DNA of 64,000 nt. Source: Nageia nagi (taxonomy: Eukaryota; Plantae; Pinophyta). Every line of letters starts with the position of its first letter. Within the stretch, counting starts at the first letter, position 1. Location: contig JBITNC010000001.1 in NCBI GenBank assembly GCA_050084985.1, forward strand, positions 148,366,001-148,430,000, read 5' to 3'. The notes under the pieces are model-generated. The model ran no database searches and was not told the origin of the DNA. It worked only from the letters and a program-made list of their open reading frames with translations. This document shows, in pieces, positions 28,098 through 41,030 of the stretch. The position numbers and the translations under genes are program-made.

Positions 28098-28099
28098 CA

Positions 28100-28570
28100 T
28101 ACATTGAAATCATTATAGATTACATAGTTGGTTATGAGTCACTCTCATTCATAGATGGATTTTCGAGACATAACCAAATCAAAATCAATCTGAATGATAT
28201 GTATAAGAAAATATTATATACACATTAAGGGTCTATTCTATTAAAAAGTAATATTTGTTATACTAAAAAATGCAATTTCTACTTATCAAAGAGCCATGGT
28301 ATCCATGTTCCATGATTTGATCCATGAAATATTTCATATTTATGTTGATGATATCTTAGTAATATCATGAAAAAATGAGGATTATCTAAGAGATTTGAAT
28401 GATGTTTTTGAAAGATTGAAATAATACAAACTCATATTAAAGACTCAAAAATGTGTCTTTGGTACCTCAAGTGGCAAACTATTAGGCTTTATTATTTCCA
28501 AAAGAGGTATTAAGATTGATCAAAAGAAGGTTAAATCAATTTATGATATGCCACATCTCAAGAATTTGGA
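28100..28570 (+). mobile_element. Fragment of a Tat/Athila-type Gypsy reverse transcriptase
   Basis: Reads LSFIDGFSRHNQIKI..LKNAISTYQRAMVSMFHDLIHE..YVDDILV..QKCVFGTSSGKLLGFIISKRGI. Confidence 0.8.
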
Positions 28571-30157
28571 ACTTTGATGAAATCCATATCTATGTCCACC
28601 ATAAACCCTTAGGATTATTTCTATTATTTAGAAAATCTCATGATCTTAACCAAACCATGCATTACTATACCACTTATGGGTCCAAATCACTTAGTGCTTT
28701 TATTTTTTTTCTAGATACCTAATCTACCTTAGATATAATCATGAATTCCAAAGATAACTACCACACAAGGGTAAGTGCAAGAAGATGGGTCCACTTTATG
28801 ACCAAAAAGTGGACACTTTTTCTTTGATTTTTTAGTTTGGTCACAATTAATGTCAAATTTTGAAGCACTTCGAGATGGAATCTTGAAAAAGGTCACTTAG
28901 ATAAAAATGTAGTGCTCTAAGTTTAGCTTTCAAATATGTAATTTATTCCAATACCTATATGATATGAATTAAATTTTAATAGGCATCTATAAAAACCACT
29001 GTTTAAAAATTATTGTTTCAATAGCATACCAATAATTGTTGGGCCCACATAATTTGACCTAAATTAAAGTATTTTATTAAAATCCTTTTGGGAAAGTATA
29101 GTTAAGACATTGAATAATGTTAAGAATATTTTTTCATAATTTTTTGATGAAATTTTTTTATTAAGTTTTTATTGGCCTTAATTTCATTTTTTTAAATTAT
29201 TTTTGTTATGCTAGTGTAACTTGATCTAAACTTATCCCTTTTTTAGATTTTTTTTATTTATTTAGTAGAAAATTATGTGTAGAAAATTATCATATAATTT
29301 TTTCATAATTTTTAAAAAATTAAAGTTATTTAAAAAATAACATAATGTACTTTTCAAGTGTATATATAAGTATGATTGAAAATTAATTAAAAAATAGCAA
29401 ACATAATCCAATTGTAAAAAACAATATTTGAAATCTACACTCTCTCATCTATAATGGGTTTTAATTTAATAAAAAAAAATTGTAAAAAAGATTATCAAAT
29501 ACATGTTCGAAGTTGGTTTTTCCTATTTCCATTGATAGGAACTTGCATGTGCATTTCCAAGGCTAAGGATTAGTTCACCATGCCTCTCTCAAGCCAAAAT
29601 ATAAGGCAAACCCCAAGAGAAGTGGATTTGAAATTTGGAATGGGATCCTGTTATATACTGGGATCTCGTTATTTAAAGTATAATGGATCCATGTGAAAAG
29701 GAATATGATCTTGTTTTGCATGAATTTATAATTTTTCAAAATGGGATCTCATTTTGTATAAAACTATGAAATAACCTATGAGGGTATGACTTTCTTATCA
29801 AGTGCAGGTATGGTTAAACTCATGCAAATGAATAATAATATCAAGATCATAATTACCTCGTGAAAGACTTTAGGGATAAATTTTTGAGGTCTCTTAGGTT
29901 TGTGGATCATTTCTTCCTTCACTAGCTTCAAGTGAAGTTGCAAGAGAAGAGGAGGCCATTAAAAAGAACTACATGGTATGACTTGCTAAAAAAATCTTGC
30001 ATAATCCCTAAGGAGGGCATGGTATGACAAAAGAAAGCACTAGGGTTACATGCAAGGTGGCTTGGCTCTAGGTCAACTTTGGGACTCTTATTATTCTTAA
30101 ATTAATAATATAATACACACAATAGTGAATGTTACTACTTTAGATAGGTTAGACATA

Positions 30158-30724
30158 GGAAATGACTATTTGACGAACAAAATATGACCACAAACCCCAT
30201 GCATATATCAAAATCTTGCCACCCACCCATTGCTCATTTTTTCTATTTCACTATGCTTCATTATAAATCTTGTGCATATATCAACATAAAGCTCATGCGT
30301 TTATCAAAAAATGATCATAAAGTTTGTGTGTATATCAAAATATGATCATAAAGCCCATGCGTATATTAAGTAGAAAAGTTATTTTAAAAATTGACTAAAT
30401 ATATCGATGAATGAAATGTTATCATAATAGTAAAGACATTGGAATGAGTTGAGAAACCTATGTTCAAATCCCTAAAACATCATTTTGAGGACTAATTTTT
30501 TTCCATCTTTTTGTATATATGCATAGACTTTATTGACACACACACATATTTTATTGATATATGCACACACTTTATTGATATACGCACATGATTTATAATG
30601 ATATATGCGTATGATTTATAATGAAACTAAGCGGAGTAGAGAAAATCAATGACAAATGGATGGTGGGATCTTGATATATGCACGAGCTTTATAGTTATGT
30701 TTTGGTCATCGAATAGCCTTCTCC
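30158..30724. mobile_element. Non-autonomous Mutator-like (MULE/foldback) element
   Basis: GG...CC ends and long imperfect TIRs (left ggaaatgactatttgacgaacaaaatatgacc.. vs reverse complement of right ggagaaggctattcgatgaccaaaacataact..). 9-bp TSD TTAGACATA (30149-30157) / TTAGATATA (30725-30733). Confidence 0.75.
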
Positions 30725-30852
30725 TTAGATATATATCTAAAAATGCTAAGAGGTATCAAACTCGAGGTACCTATCTTGAAAATCACACTTCCAATAAATG
30801 AGATAGGCACCTCAAGATTGATGTCTCTCAACATTTTTAGATATATATCTAA
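30725..30852. repeat. ~128-bp hairpin (52-bp imperfect inverted repeat), MITE-like
   Basis: 30725-30776 (ttagatatatatctaaaaatgctaagaggtatc..cctatct) pairs with 30801-30852. Confidence 0.7.
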
Positions 30853-31487
30853 GATATCTAAGCTAGTTTTATAAATAATATTTGTGACATATATTGCATT
30901 TTTACATATAAATATTTTTTATATTTTTATTAACACTAAGAGATGTTCCCTAGCTGTAGCACAAGGGTGGAGTGGAAAGCCAAATGTTGCATGTGAGTTT
31001 ATCCGTTAAATGTCGACTTTAATATATTTAAAAAAATTAATCCATTTTATTATTTAAAATAAGTTGCTCAAAAATATCAATTATAAACATTAGAAAACAT
31101 ATAAAATAATTTAATATATAACATTAAATAAAATAAATTAATATATAACATAAATAAATTAATATATAAATTAATAAATTAACATTAAAATAAAGACCAA
31201 GAAATATCAATAAATGAGATAGATGTGTAAGGAATGATATCTCTCAACATTTTTTTGAAATATAAGAAGGTATATCAAAGGTAGTTTAATAATATTTATG
31301 TAATGTATAAAGAACATTCATTGAATTCTAATTGAAATCAATTTATAAGTATAACCATAGTTCAATTATTACATTGATAATTCAATTTATGAACATTACT
31401 ATATGAAATATTTTAAATATATATTTGGAAGATAAGATAGATACCTCAACGTTTCTCATATATGTATCTAAAATATTTATACTAGAT

Positions 31488-31710
31488 AGGATAGGTAAGA
31501 TAGGAGTCTTTTCACATCCTTTCAAACCTATTGATTTGTAGAACCTATAAAAGTTTGTCTATAAGTACATATATATCAACTAAGTACTTGAATGATTGAT
31601 AGGATAAGTAGATAGGAATCTTTCAATATCCTTTTAAACCCATTGATTTGTAACACCTATAAACATTTATCCATTAATAAATATATCAAAATTAAATATT
31701 AGAATGATTG
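31488..31710. repeat. Imperfect tandem duplication, ~112-bp unit x2
   Basis: aggataggtaagataggagtctt..gaatgattg followed by aggataagtagataggaatctt..gaatgattg. Confidence 0.6.
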
Positions 31711-32592
31711 TTTCTCGTAAATAAATAAAACATTGACAATTCAATTTATCAACATTTTATATTGATATATCTTAATATTATATATGTAATAATTGTATAT
31801 ATATTTAAATACTGTTTTTCCGCCCATTATCTATCAAACTAATTATGAAGTAAAACTTTTAAATATATAATATAATTTAGAAAACTAATGTACATACTTA
31901 AAAATACTAAAAACAGAATGTCTAGCTTTCTAAATAAATAAAAAAATCATTAACATTCCAAAATAAATAATGCAAACAATGTGTAGGGCCTAAACTATGG
32001 TGAGTGAAAAACGCTAATATAGGTTTTTAAATGTCTACATTGATGAATAATATATACTTTTCATGTCAAAATCAACGTCAAAACTCCTAGTAGTTAATAC
32101 CGGTCATTTGAAAGCCTAAAAGCACTTTAAAGACTTCTGCATAAACAAATTAAACAATAGAATCTTGGGCAACACTACAATAATAATAAATGCCTAGGCC
32201 TTTGGATCATGATGCCCACAACTGTGCAGATTGTAGTGCATGGAAGATAGGATTGGGTGAATTGACTGGAATCATTTCAAAGCCTTTTTAACTAGCAAAC
32301 ACCAAGGCCTACACTGCTCTCTAAAGTGCTTGTTTGCACAATTCTCCATCCTTGCTATTAATTACATTTGCTTCCACTGTCACTTCGCCACTAGCAAAAG
32401 AATTTACAAAATCATTCTTTTCTCTCTGCCCAAAATTTCTGTTGCTGTTATGGAGCCTCCTCACCCACTTTCCAATGTAACATTTTCTGCTAATTTCATT
32501 TTCAAACTCCTGAAACTATGAGGGTTCCTTGGACAAGTTCTTTAAGCTTATAGAGAAGTGAGAGGGCTGTGGAAAATACTTTGTTTTGGATT

Positions 32593-35523
32593 ATGAGTAG
32601 GTTTTTGATGGGTGTTTCTTTAGTGTTCTGGGTTATGATTTGTGTGTATGCTGTTCTAGGAGGTGCCCAGATTGAATCAGATGCCAATGTACTTCTTAAT
32701 ATAAAGAAGTCCTTGCAGGGGGAAACTGATAACATTATGTTGTCCTCATGGAATGCATCAATGCCACTCTGTGAATGGGCAGGTATCAAGTGGGCAGATG
32801 AGAATGGGACTCTCCTCGACTGCAAGACCAGTTCACTGAACACCCAGAATGTTACAGCTTCCACATTGTCACCTTTGGTGGTGAAAAGCATGGAGCTTGC
32901 TGCTGCTGGGCTTGCAGGATCAATCCCCAAGGACATTGCAAGACTTTCTAATTTGGAGAAGCTTTATTTGGGAGTGAATAGCCTCACAGGACCCATTCCC
33001 TTAGAGCTTGGGAACACTGCTAGGCTCTCATCTTTGTCATTGACAGGGAACAAACTCAATGGCAGCATTCCTCCTTCAATATGGAACCTTTGTGGGCAGC
33101 TCACTGATCTTCTGCTTGATGACAATGAGCTGAGTGGGACCATCCCAGAGCCTGCGCTTCCCAATGTTACATGCCCTAGCTTGCAGATTCTTGATTTTAG
33201 TGACAACCATCTTGAGGGTCCTGTGCCTTTGTTCCTGAAAAGCTTTCATGGGCTCCAAGAGCTGGATCTGAGCAATAACTCTATATCTGGTGCCATACCT
33301 GAGGCTATCGCCCTCCTCAATTTGTCTAGCTTGAATTTGTCGTACAATAATCTTAGTGGATCTATTCCCATGTTTCCACAGAGTTTTAACAACGAGTCCT
33401 TTGTTGGGAACAGCCTCTGTGGGTCTCCTCTTGGACCCTGCGGGGGCACCCAAGTTGAGAGGCATTCAGGATTGAGCCCTGGAGCTGTTGCAGGGATTGT
33501 GATTGCATTGATGGCAACAATGGTGGTTTTCTTGTCCTTGTTGATAGGTTTTGGGAATAGTAAAGTGTTAAGGAGACAAGACCCTTCTTTGAATGAATTT
33601 GAGGATGAAGAGACATGGGAAGGCAGATTGGTGCTGTTTGAAGGTGGTGAGCATCTCACTGTGGACGATGTTTTGAACGCAACAGGTCAAGTATTGGGCA
33701 AAACCACCTACGGGACTGTGTATAAGGCCAAGCTTTCTCAAGGGGGCACTATTGCCTTGAGACTACTCAGGGAAGGCACCTGCAAGGACAGAGAGGAATT
33801 TATGCCTGTGGTTAAGGATTTGGGGCGCCTTAGGCATGACAATATAGTTTCTCTTAGAGCATTCTATGAAGGACAAAGAGGAGAAAAACTGCTTGTTTAT
33901 GATTATCTTCCAAATCGCAACTTGGCTGACCTTCTCCACGGTAAGTCTTCCTGAAGTCAGGTACAACTCTTTTCCTGTTTTTGGGTTCTCAATGTAAGTG
34001 CTTTTAGTTTCAAAAAAATGCAATAGACCCCAAGTTGTAGTCCCAAAGCAAGGTATCTCGTACAGAAGCTTCCTCATCTGAGTAGTGTAGGGTTTATCTA
34101 GGGATTTGCCTGATGGGGAAATGTAGGTTTTGTCTCCATTGTATAGAAAGAAATCCCATTGGCTTGTACACAGCGGTGAAACTAGTAAGTTTTCACTACT
34201 AACATTGCTGAAGTGATTGATCGTCTATGTTTCTCTGTATACAGAGGTGTAGTTGTCTCAACTGGGTCCGGAAAGTCTTCTTGGCTGATACATAGAGATG
34301 AGACCATCGGGCATGTACTGTTACAGGGTTATGTGATTTCTTAATCTTACAGGTTTTCTTCTAGTAGATAGGCGTAGGATATTCCTCCAATTGGCTACAA
34401 AAAAAATATTGGGTTTTCACTTTTTAGGGCTCTTGCACATAGGGGTGAGATAATAGTACTTTTTAAAACTCACACCCAAAGTGATCCGTCGTTCAGATGA
34501 GAATAATTCTTTGGTCATTGGGATCGGCAGACCTTTGGATATCTCTGCCCCTGTTGGAGATTGTGTCTTCTACAGTGTGAGTTAGTATTTGAGAGGAACT
34601 AAAAAAATTCAAATTTCGTATAATGTCCCTTGTATAAAACGCTGTTGCTGTCACCAAGGAGACATCCTATATTAGTTCCACCACCTACCAGATTGTCAAG
34701 GTTCAAGACAAAAACAGAAAATGACAAACTAAGATTGTGATACAAAATAGTTAATCTTAAGGTCTAGAACAGGAAGCTTTGAGCCCATGAATTGTTCCTT
34801 TTTAATCCATTTGAAGTACTTCGTTTTGAGGCCATTATGTGGTGCCTTCTTTTGGGGATATAATGAGTAATTGTTTGTACAGATGGTCGGAGTGGGCGAC
34901 CAGCTTTGAGCTGGGCTCGCAGGCATAAAATTGCTCTTGGAGCAGCAAGAGGGCTTGCACACCTTCACAAAGGGCTAGAGACCCCGATCATCCACGGTAA
35001 CCTCAAGTCGAAGAATGTCTTGGTGGATGAATACTATGCAGCACACCTAACTGACTATGGCCTAGGACGCTTAATGACTCCTTTATCTGCTGCTGACATG
35101 ATGAATGCATCCTCTCTTGAAGGCTACAAGGCACCTGAGCTTCATAAGATGAAGAAGGCCAATGCCAAGACAGATATCTACAGCTTTGGGATTCTTCTTT
35201 TGGAAATACTAATTGGAAAAAGGCCAGGAAAAAATGAGAGTTCTGGTGAGGTTGTGGATCTTCCATCCATGGTGAAGAATGCTGTATTGGAGGAGAATAC
35301 TCTGGAGCTCTTTGATTTGGAGATTCTCAGGGGATTGAGAAGTCACACAGATGATGGATTGCTTCAAGCACTTCAACTTGCTATGGGTTGCTGTGCACCT
35401 TCTCCATCAGTGAGGCCAGATATTAAGACTGTCATCAGACAGCTCGAGGACATAAGACCCAAGGCTCATTCTGCATTGTATACTCCTGCTGAATCTAGGA
35501 GTGAACTAGAGCTTGCATTTTAG
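32593..35523 (+). CDS. TMKL1: LRR receptor-like pseudokinase, TMKL1-like (662 aa; exons 32593-33940 and 34883-35523)
   Basis: Signal peptide, SWN..PLCEW cap, LRRs, transmembrane segment (GLSPGAVAGIVIALMA) and TMKL1-type kinase motifs (GGEHLTVDDVLNATGQV, GTIALRLLREGTCKDR, HGNLKSKNVLVDE, LQLAMGCCAP, SALYTP). The GTAAGT..ACAG intron at 33941-34882 joins in frame (LLH-D-GRSGRPALSWARRHKIALG). No internal stops. Confidence 0.93.
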
Positions 35524-37003
35524 CTACATCCCATTTATTTTGATCATGTTGTACTTGTTTTGCCTGTCCATCAGCAATTTGTAGTCCTCTTATCATTACT
35601 GTGACTACCCTTAAGTAACTCGAACAAAACCATCAATAGATAAATGTCAAATGACCCACATCTAAAACATTTAGGAGCGGTATCAATTTAAGGATCCAAA
35701 CATTTCACAAGCATGTCTTGTAAATGTTTTGTGCGGATTGATAAATGAGGCTTCAGAATCAGATGGTGCATATCTATTTAAACTATGTAATTTTTACTTT
35801 TTGATTGAGAGAGGAGGAAATTTAAAGTCTATGATTTTGCTATCGAAATATCATTGATAATCACCTGGCTGATAACAAGACCCTTTTTAAATGCTTAATT
35901 CTATCCCATTTGCTTTCGGCCTTGATCTATCTACATGTTCTATAATCCAAACATTTTAGTATTGACAAGAATTCAGACAGGACACAACTGATGATTCCAT
36001 AAAAAAAAATATTTCTTACATCTCCAGCCATGTCTTGCTCTTCCGTAGCAACTTAGTGACTGAAGATCTTCTCTTGTTAACCTCTTTCAGCCATACAGAT
36101 TATATGGAATTCACCACACCTACTATTCTGGGATTCTGACATTCAGTGGATTGAGTGTTCTTTATGATGAGTTTCTCTAATGGGTGTTGTTTATCCCATC
36201 TTTTGGATTTTAAAGATCAAATGATATATAGATTTAGTTAAGTTGAAAATGATTTGGAATACAACCACACAGCCCAAGTGCTATTGATGATTATCTTTCA
36301 AGAAAGAACTGATGAAGATTCTTGGTTCGTAAGGGAAAGAATCAATAGGACTTGTTCCATGTCGATGAGGTGAGTAGCAGGTTTCATGACAGCTTAAACA
36401 AATTATCCATATTGATGCTGTACATATTTTATTACTCTTTCAAAAATTCGAACAACATAGATAATCCGTGCTATCCAAATCAAAATTTGAAGGTAAGTTT
36501 AATGTTGTTTTGTTATAGAAACCATTCGAAAGAATCCCACCCAGGGAAAACTTTACATCAGCTTGGCCCATTGCACTCCTTAATGGAGTGAACTTTTACA
36601 CTTCAGTAACTTGATATTAAACTTTCACACTTCAGTAGCTTATATTGATTTAAAGTTATAGACACATAAAAATAGTCGTCGGCTAACTTTCTATATTTCT
36701 TAAATGGTATTGAGGACCATTATGTCTGTTATCTTTTGAGTTATTTGATCTATCTTTTTTTCTCTCTCAACTGTTTACGAGTGAAATATTGTTTTCTCTT
36801 TTTCAAAATTTACTATTTAAAAATTACTGTAACGGTAACAAAAAAAATCTATAATGATTTTGTTCTACTAAATTTTAAATTTGCAAGAAACAAAGTGCTT
36901 GGCGGCCTATTAAAATACTATTAACATTATTGATCATTGTGTTGGACAAGGTAATTCACACCTATTTAAATAAGCTTTAAAATACATTTGTACTTATTTT
37001 GTG

Positions 37004-37008
<5 letters not shown>

Positions 37009-37043
<35 letters not shown>
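37009..37043. repeat. (AT)n microsatellite
   Basis: About 17 uninterrupted AT units. Confidence 0.95.
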
Positions 37044-37044
<1 letters not shown>

Positions 37045-38221
37045 TCCATCTTACAATTCTTGTTGGTATTTTGATAATTTATGATGTCTATTTAAACAAA
37101 GTATTGGAAATTTGTTTTCTACTTAATGGGTTGTGATTGCTATCAAGTAGATTTTATCTTAATGTAGATATCTCATTTATAAAGGTTAATGTCGACTTTT
37201 TAGTTGCTTCCTATAGGTTACATATAATATATGATACTTTAAGATCTAGAGAAGAGAACCTCACATTCAGGTCTATAAAAGTATAAGAGTGGTATCAACA
37301 AATCAAGAAATTTTTTTGGTTTATTGTAAAGATTGTTAGAATTCTTCCAAGCATCACAAATTGCTATTGCATTCCTTCAAGCTTATCATGATTTGTGACA
37401 TTTAATTCCCATTACTTTTATCTCTTATTGCCTCATCATTTGTTATTTTCTATTGTTCATTATAACTTATAGTAGTTTGTGTTAATTAGTTAGGTTTTAT
37501 TGCTTGGTTAATTTTCATATAGTACATTTTATGAATGCATTTTTATCCAAATTCTCTTGAATTCATATGTCACCTTTTAAGGTTTTACCATAGTGGTGAC
37601 TTGAATTTCTTTAACCTTTTCTAAAACCCTTATTTACAAATCTTAGTCAGTGTGCATGCTCAAAAGACGTAGAGATCTTATACCTTCTAGGATAAGTAAA
37701 TGGATTTTCATAATTATATTTTTCCCTCAAAAAAATATTCTTAATTTTATATTAAGACAATATAAACTTACATTTTTCACCAATTTTTAACCTTGATATA
37801 GTTGGCATTCAATTTTTTTGAAAATTAAAAGAAATTGTGGTTTTCACCATAGCCTCATTCACTAGTCTTGAGCCTAATATTATTATTTGATTCTTATACC
37901 TTCATCTTATATGTTACATTTGGTTGCAATGCCAAGAAACCACCCACTATCAATAACATCACCAAGAACCTTGATGTTGTAATCACTTCTTCCAAGAGAA
38001 CCAACATCCCCAAAAAATCCATCGAGAGCATTGCCACCAATTGAATATTGCAAAAGACAACAATTCTCTTTCTTCAACTTTGAAGAAAATATTACTCTTG
38101 TTGTACAGTGAAATATTTTGTATATTCTCGTTGACTCTCAAATCCATTTGTATAATAAGGGGGGAATTTATTTTATTATTTATATTACTCTCAACATCCC
38201 CAAGTTTACATTAATGGGAAG

Positions 38222-38720
38222 TGTTAGAGCATGTAACGTAGCCATTGGTATGTAATGTTCTTGGTTATGGTTAAAATAATAAGAATAAATATTGTTGTTG
38301 TAGATGTCAAAATTGTTGGAGAATATGGTAGCTAATTTATGCAAGTAAGTCGAGACTATTGTTTACTATGATAAAGGATGAGTGATGGTTTATCCATCAT
38401 ATCCTTAGGATTGAGTATTCTATAAATACAATCCTTAGTATTGTGAGATATTATTATGTATTGTGGAAGAAGTAAAAGAACAAGAGAAGGAAAGTCTTGT
38501 TCTAATTGTTATAGAGTGTGAAGATAATGCATTTGTAGAATGTATATCTTATTGATAGTATTGTAGACTAACACATATGAACTATGGTGTGTTCACCATT
38601 GTAGAAGCTTGAATAAACTTTGTATAAGAATTGTAAGTGTTGTACTTATATTTCATTGAGTAAGAGAATCTTAGACTATAGTGTATGTTTCTATGAGAGT
38701 AATCTCATAGTTTTACTATT
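38222..38720 (+). mobile_element. Probable orphan Copia-type LTR remnant
   Basis: PPT-like taatgggaag followed by TGTTAG at 38222, with an internal ctataaata. Right boundary uncertain. Confidence 0.4.
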
Positions 38721-38729
38721 AGAAAAATG

Positions 38730-41030
38730 CATCTCCAAGACACAATCTAATCAACAATTAGAGAGCACAAATGCTCTCATTTTAGAACTGAAAGATAGAA
38801 TGAACTAGCTAGAACACTTTCAAGTCCCTCCTATAACGTAGATCCCATAATAAGTCCATTATGTGATTTCTGAAATTAAGATCACGTAGTATGACATTTT
38901 GGCATAACATGAACATCTTCAATGGGAGACCACCATCCAACAATAGTCCATCTAAAAATAGGTGGAGAAAAAAAAATCATGGGTACATGTTAAAGGGAAG
39001 AAAACCCTAACAGTGGTTGAAATGGAAATACATAAGAAATTTGAAGAGGAAAAGATGCATTACACTAAGGAACTCAATCTTCGAGTTTGATGTCTTCCAA
39101 AAACAAACGACCCATTACATGTTGGCCATGCTTTCCTACATGAGACCTTGGATCTAAAAGATATCACCCTTGACAAGGCTTGGACTACCCCAAATGATAC
39201 TCATATTATGTGTTTCCAATCAACAAGGGAAATACATATAAGCTTTATGAGCTGAGAGGAAATTATTTAGTCTTCCAAATAAATTATTCCTTGATGAAGA
39301 TCTGACTTGATTGCAATATGAAGAACTCAAAGCTAATAAAAATAAAATGATAGAAGCTAGAAAATAAGACAAATGAGTTGTTCTTCGAAGCGAAAGAGTT
39401 TGGAGGACTATCAGGATGGATTAAACCTTGGTCCACATAAGCATGATGCAAAGCATCATGTCTTCAGTTTCAAACCAAAATTGTTGTATGGAATTGTGGT
39501 GGCTCTTTGTTCTCTTCTCCAAGTTCATTGAATGATGTAATTGGTGATAGAGATCTCATCCTTCTCACTGAAATATATGAAATACAATTAGAACCACTAC
39601 TATCCTATATAGGTTATTCTTGGTTTTGTACCTATATGCCAAAGACTTACCAAGGTATCAAAGGCTCTGGAGATGTTGTTTGCCTATATCATGATGGTTT
39701 GACTTCATGCATTCCATTAGAATGCTCAAATATCCATGCCACATACATATGGATATCTCTATATAGGAAGCCAACATCTCGACATCTTTACATTGTTATA
39801 TGTTACTTTCCTCCTACTTATTGTATTCTATTGTAGATGATTGTGACTCACCCTACCAATATCTTTATCATGAGATTTCCATATTCTCACTCTTGGGTGA
39901 TATCATGCTATCAAGGGATTTCAATGCATGGAAAATATCATATTGTGATGTTAGAAAAAATATCATATCTTATGGAAGACACCTTCTCAATCTAGGTGAA
40001 GCACATTAGTTGATCATCTTAAATGGGATTATTTAGTTCCTTCAATCCAATCATTCTACTTGTTTCTCATTTGCTAGTGGCACTAGTGTAGTCGATTATG
40101 CTCTAGCTAATCTTCCCTTCACCTTTTCTATCATTCATTTTAGTATCTCTAATAATCCATCACTTTCATATTATGCTTATCTCACCCTTACCCTTCCACT
40201 CACCACACACTCCACCACTCACACCCCTTTTCTTTGTCTTACTACCCCCAACATTCACTTTGACCATTACCTTAACCACATTTTACACAAAAAATAAATA
40301 AATAAATATCTTACCAACCTCCACCAAATACATGACTCCATCTTACAAGCGAGTCTTTTCTCTAAAGCCCTTTGGTCAATCTCCATTAAATGATTCCCTC
40401 ATACCATCAACACCCCATCCCCTCTCGCCCACCATGGACATTACCCCCACAACTTATGATTTGATAATGAATACAAGACCTTCCATAATCTCATTCGCTT
40501 TGCTATGTAATGCAACCCCTCTATGGCTAAAGAGATCCAAAAAAAATATCATAACCTTCTCAAAAATAAGAAGAGACAATATGTTACTATAAAAAGGTTG
40601 GAAATAATAAATATGTTGAAGTCAAATGCTAAGTTCTTTTGGTACCTCTTTCTCCCTAAGTCTCACATGCTCTCTATCACTAACCTGCATGTCTAGTCCA
40701 CCTATGCCTCCTCACTCTACAAAATCTTGAACCAGCCCTCCATTATCCTCAACCCTTAACCTCATCCTTTCCATTTTTTCACTAATAAAATGGTTTTACA
40801 AGCTATGTGCAAAGTCCAAACTAGTAAAGCTACTAAACTTGAAAACCTAAGTTGTTCCTCAAACTCATTCCTATAAATTTCAGTATCTGTATTGTTGAAA
40901 TGGTCAACTACATCTCTCCACATGGGTTTCCTCCCTCTTAGACCTCTAAATGCATCCATACCATTTACAAAGTTGGTGACATCCTTGACCTTAATAAATA
41001 CAAAATGATTATGGATGAACACACCCAAGC
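38730..41030 (+). mobile_element. Degenerate non-L1 LINE (RTEX/L2-CR1-like): ORF1, AP endonuclease and start of RT
   Basis: ORF1-like coiled coil plus ELNLRV*CLP..LFLDEDLT..MIEARK. APE motifs WNCGG, LILLTE, CYFPP, RDFNA, YGRHLLNLG..IILNG, TCF..TSVVDYAL. Confidence 0.65.

Noticed and set aside
28760-29560. AT-rich block as a TIR DNA transposon
   Set aside because: No convincing TIR pair or TSD could be defined.
32569-32592. ORF-track start at 32569
   Set aside because: It is a GTG codon. The first in-frame ATG is 32593, which begins a signal peptide.
32502-35266. Several minus-strand ORFs overlapping TMKL1
   Set aside because: Antisense shadows of a coding region with no recognisable motifs.
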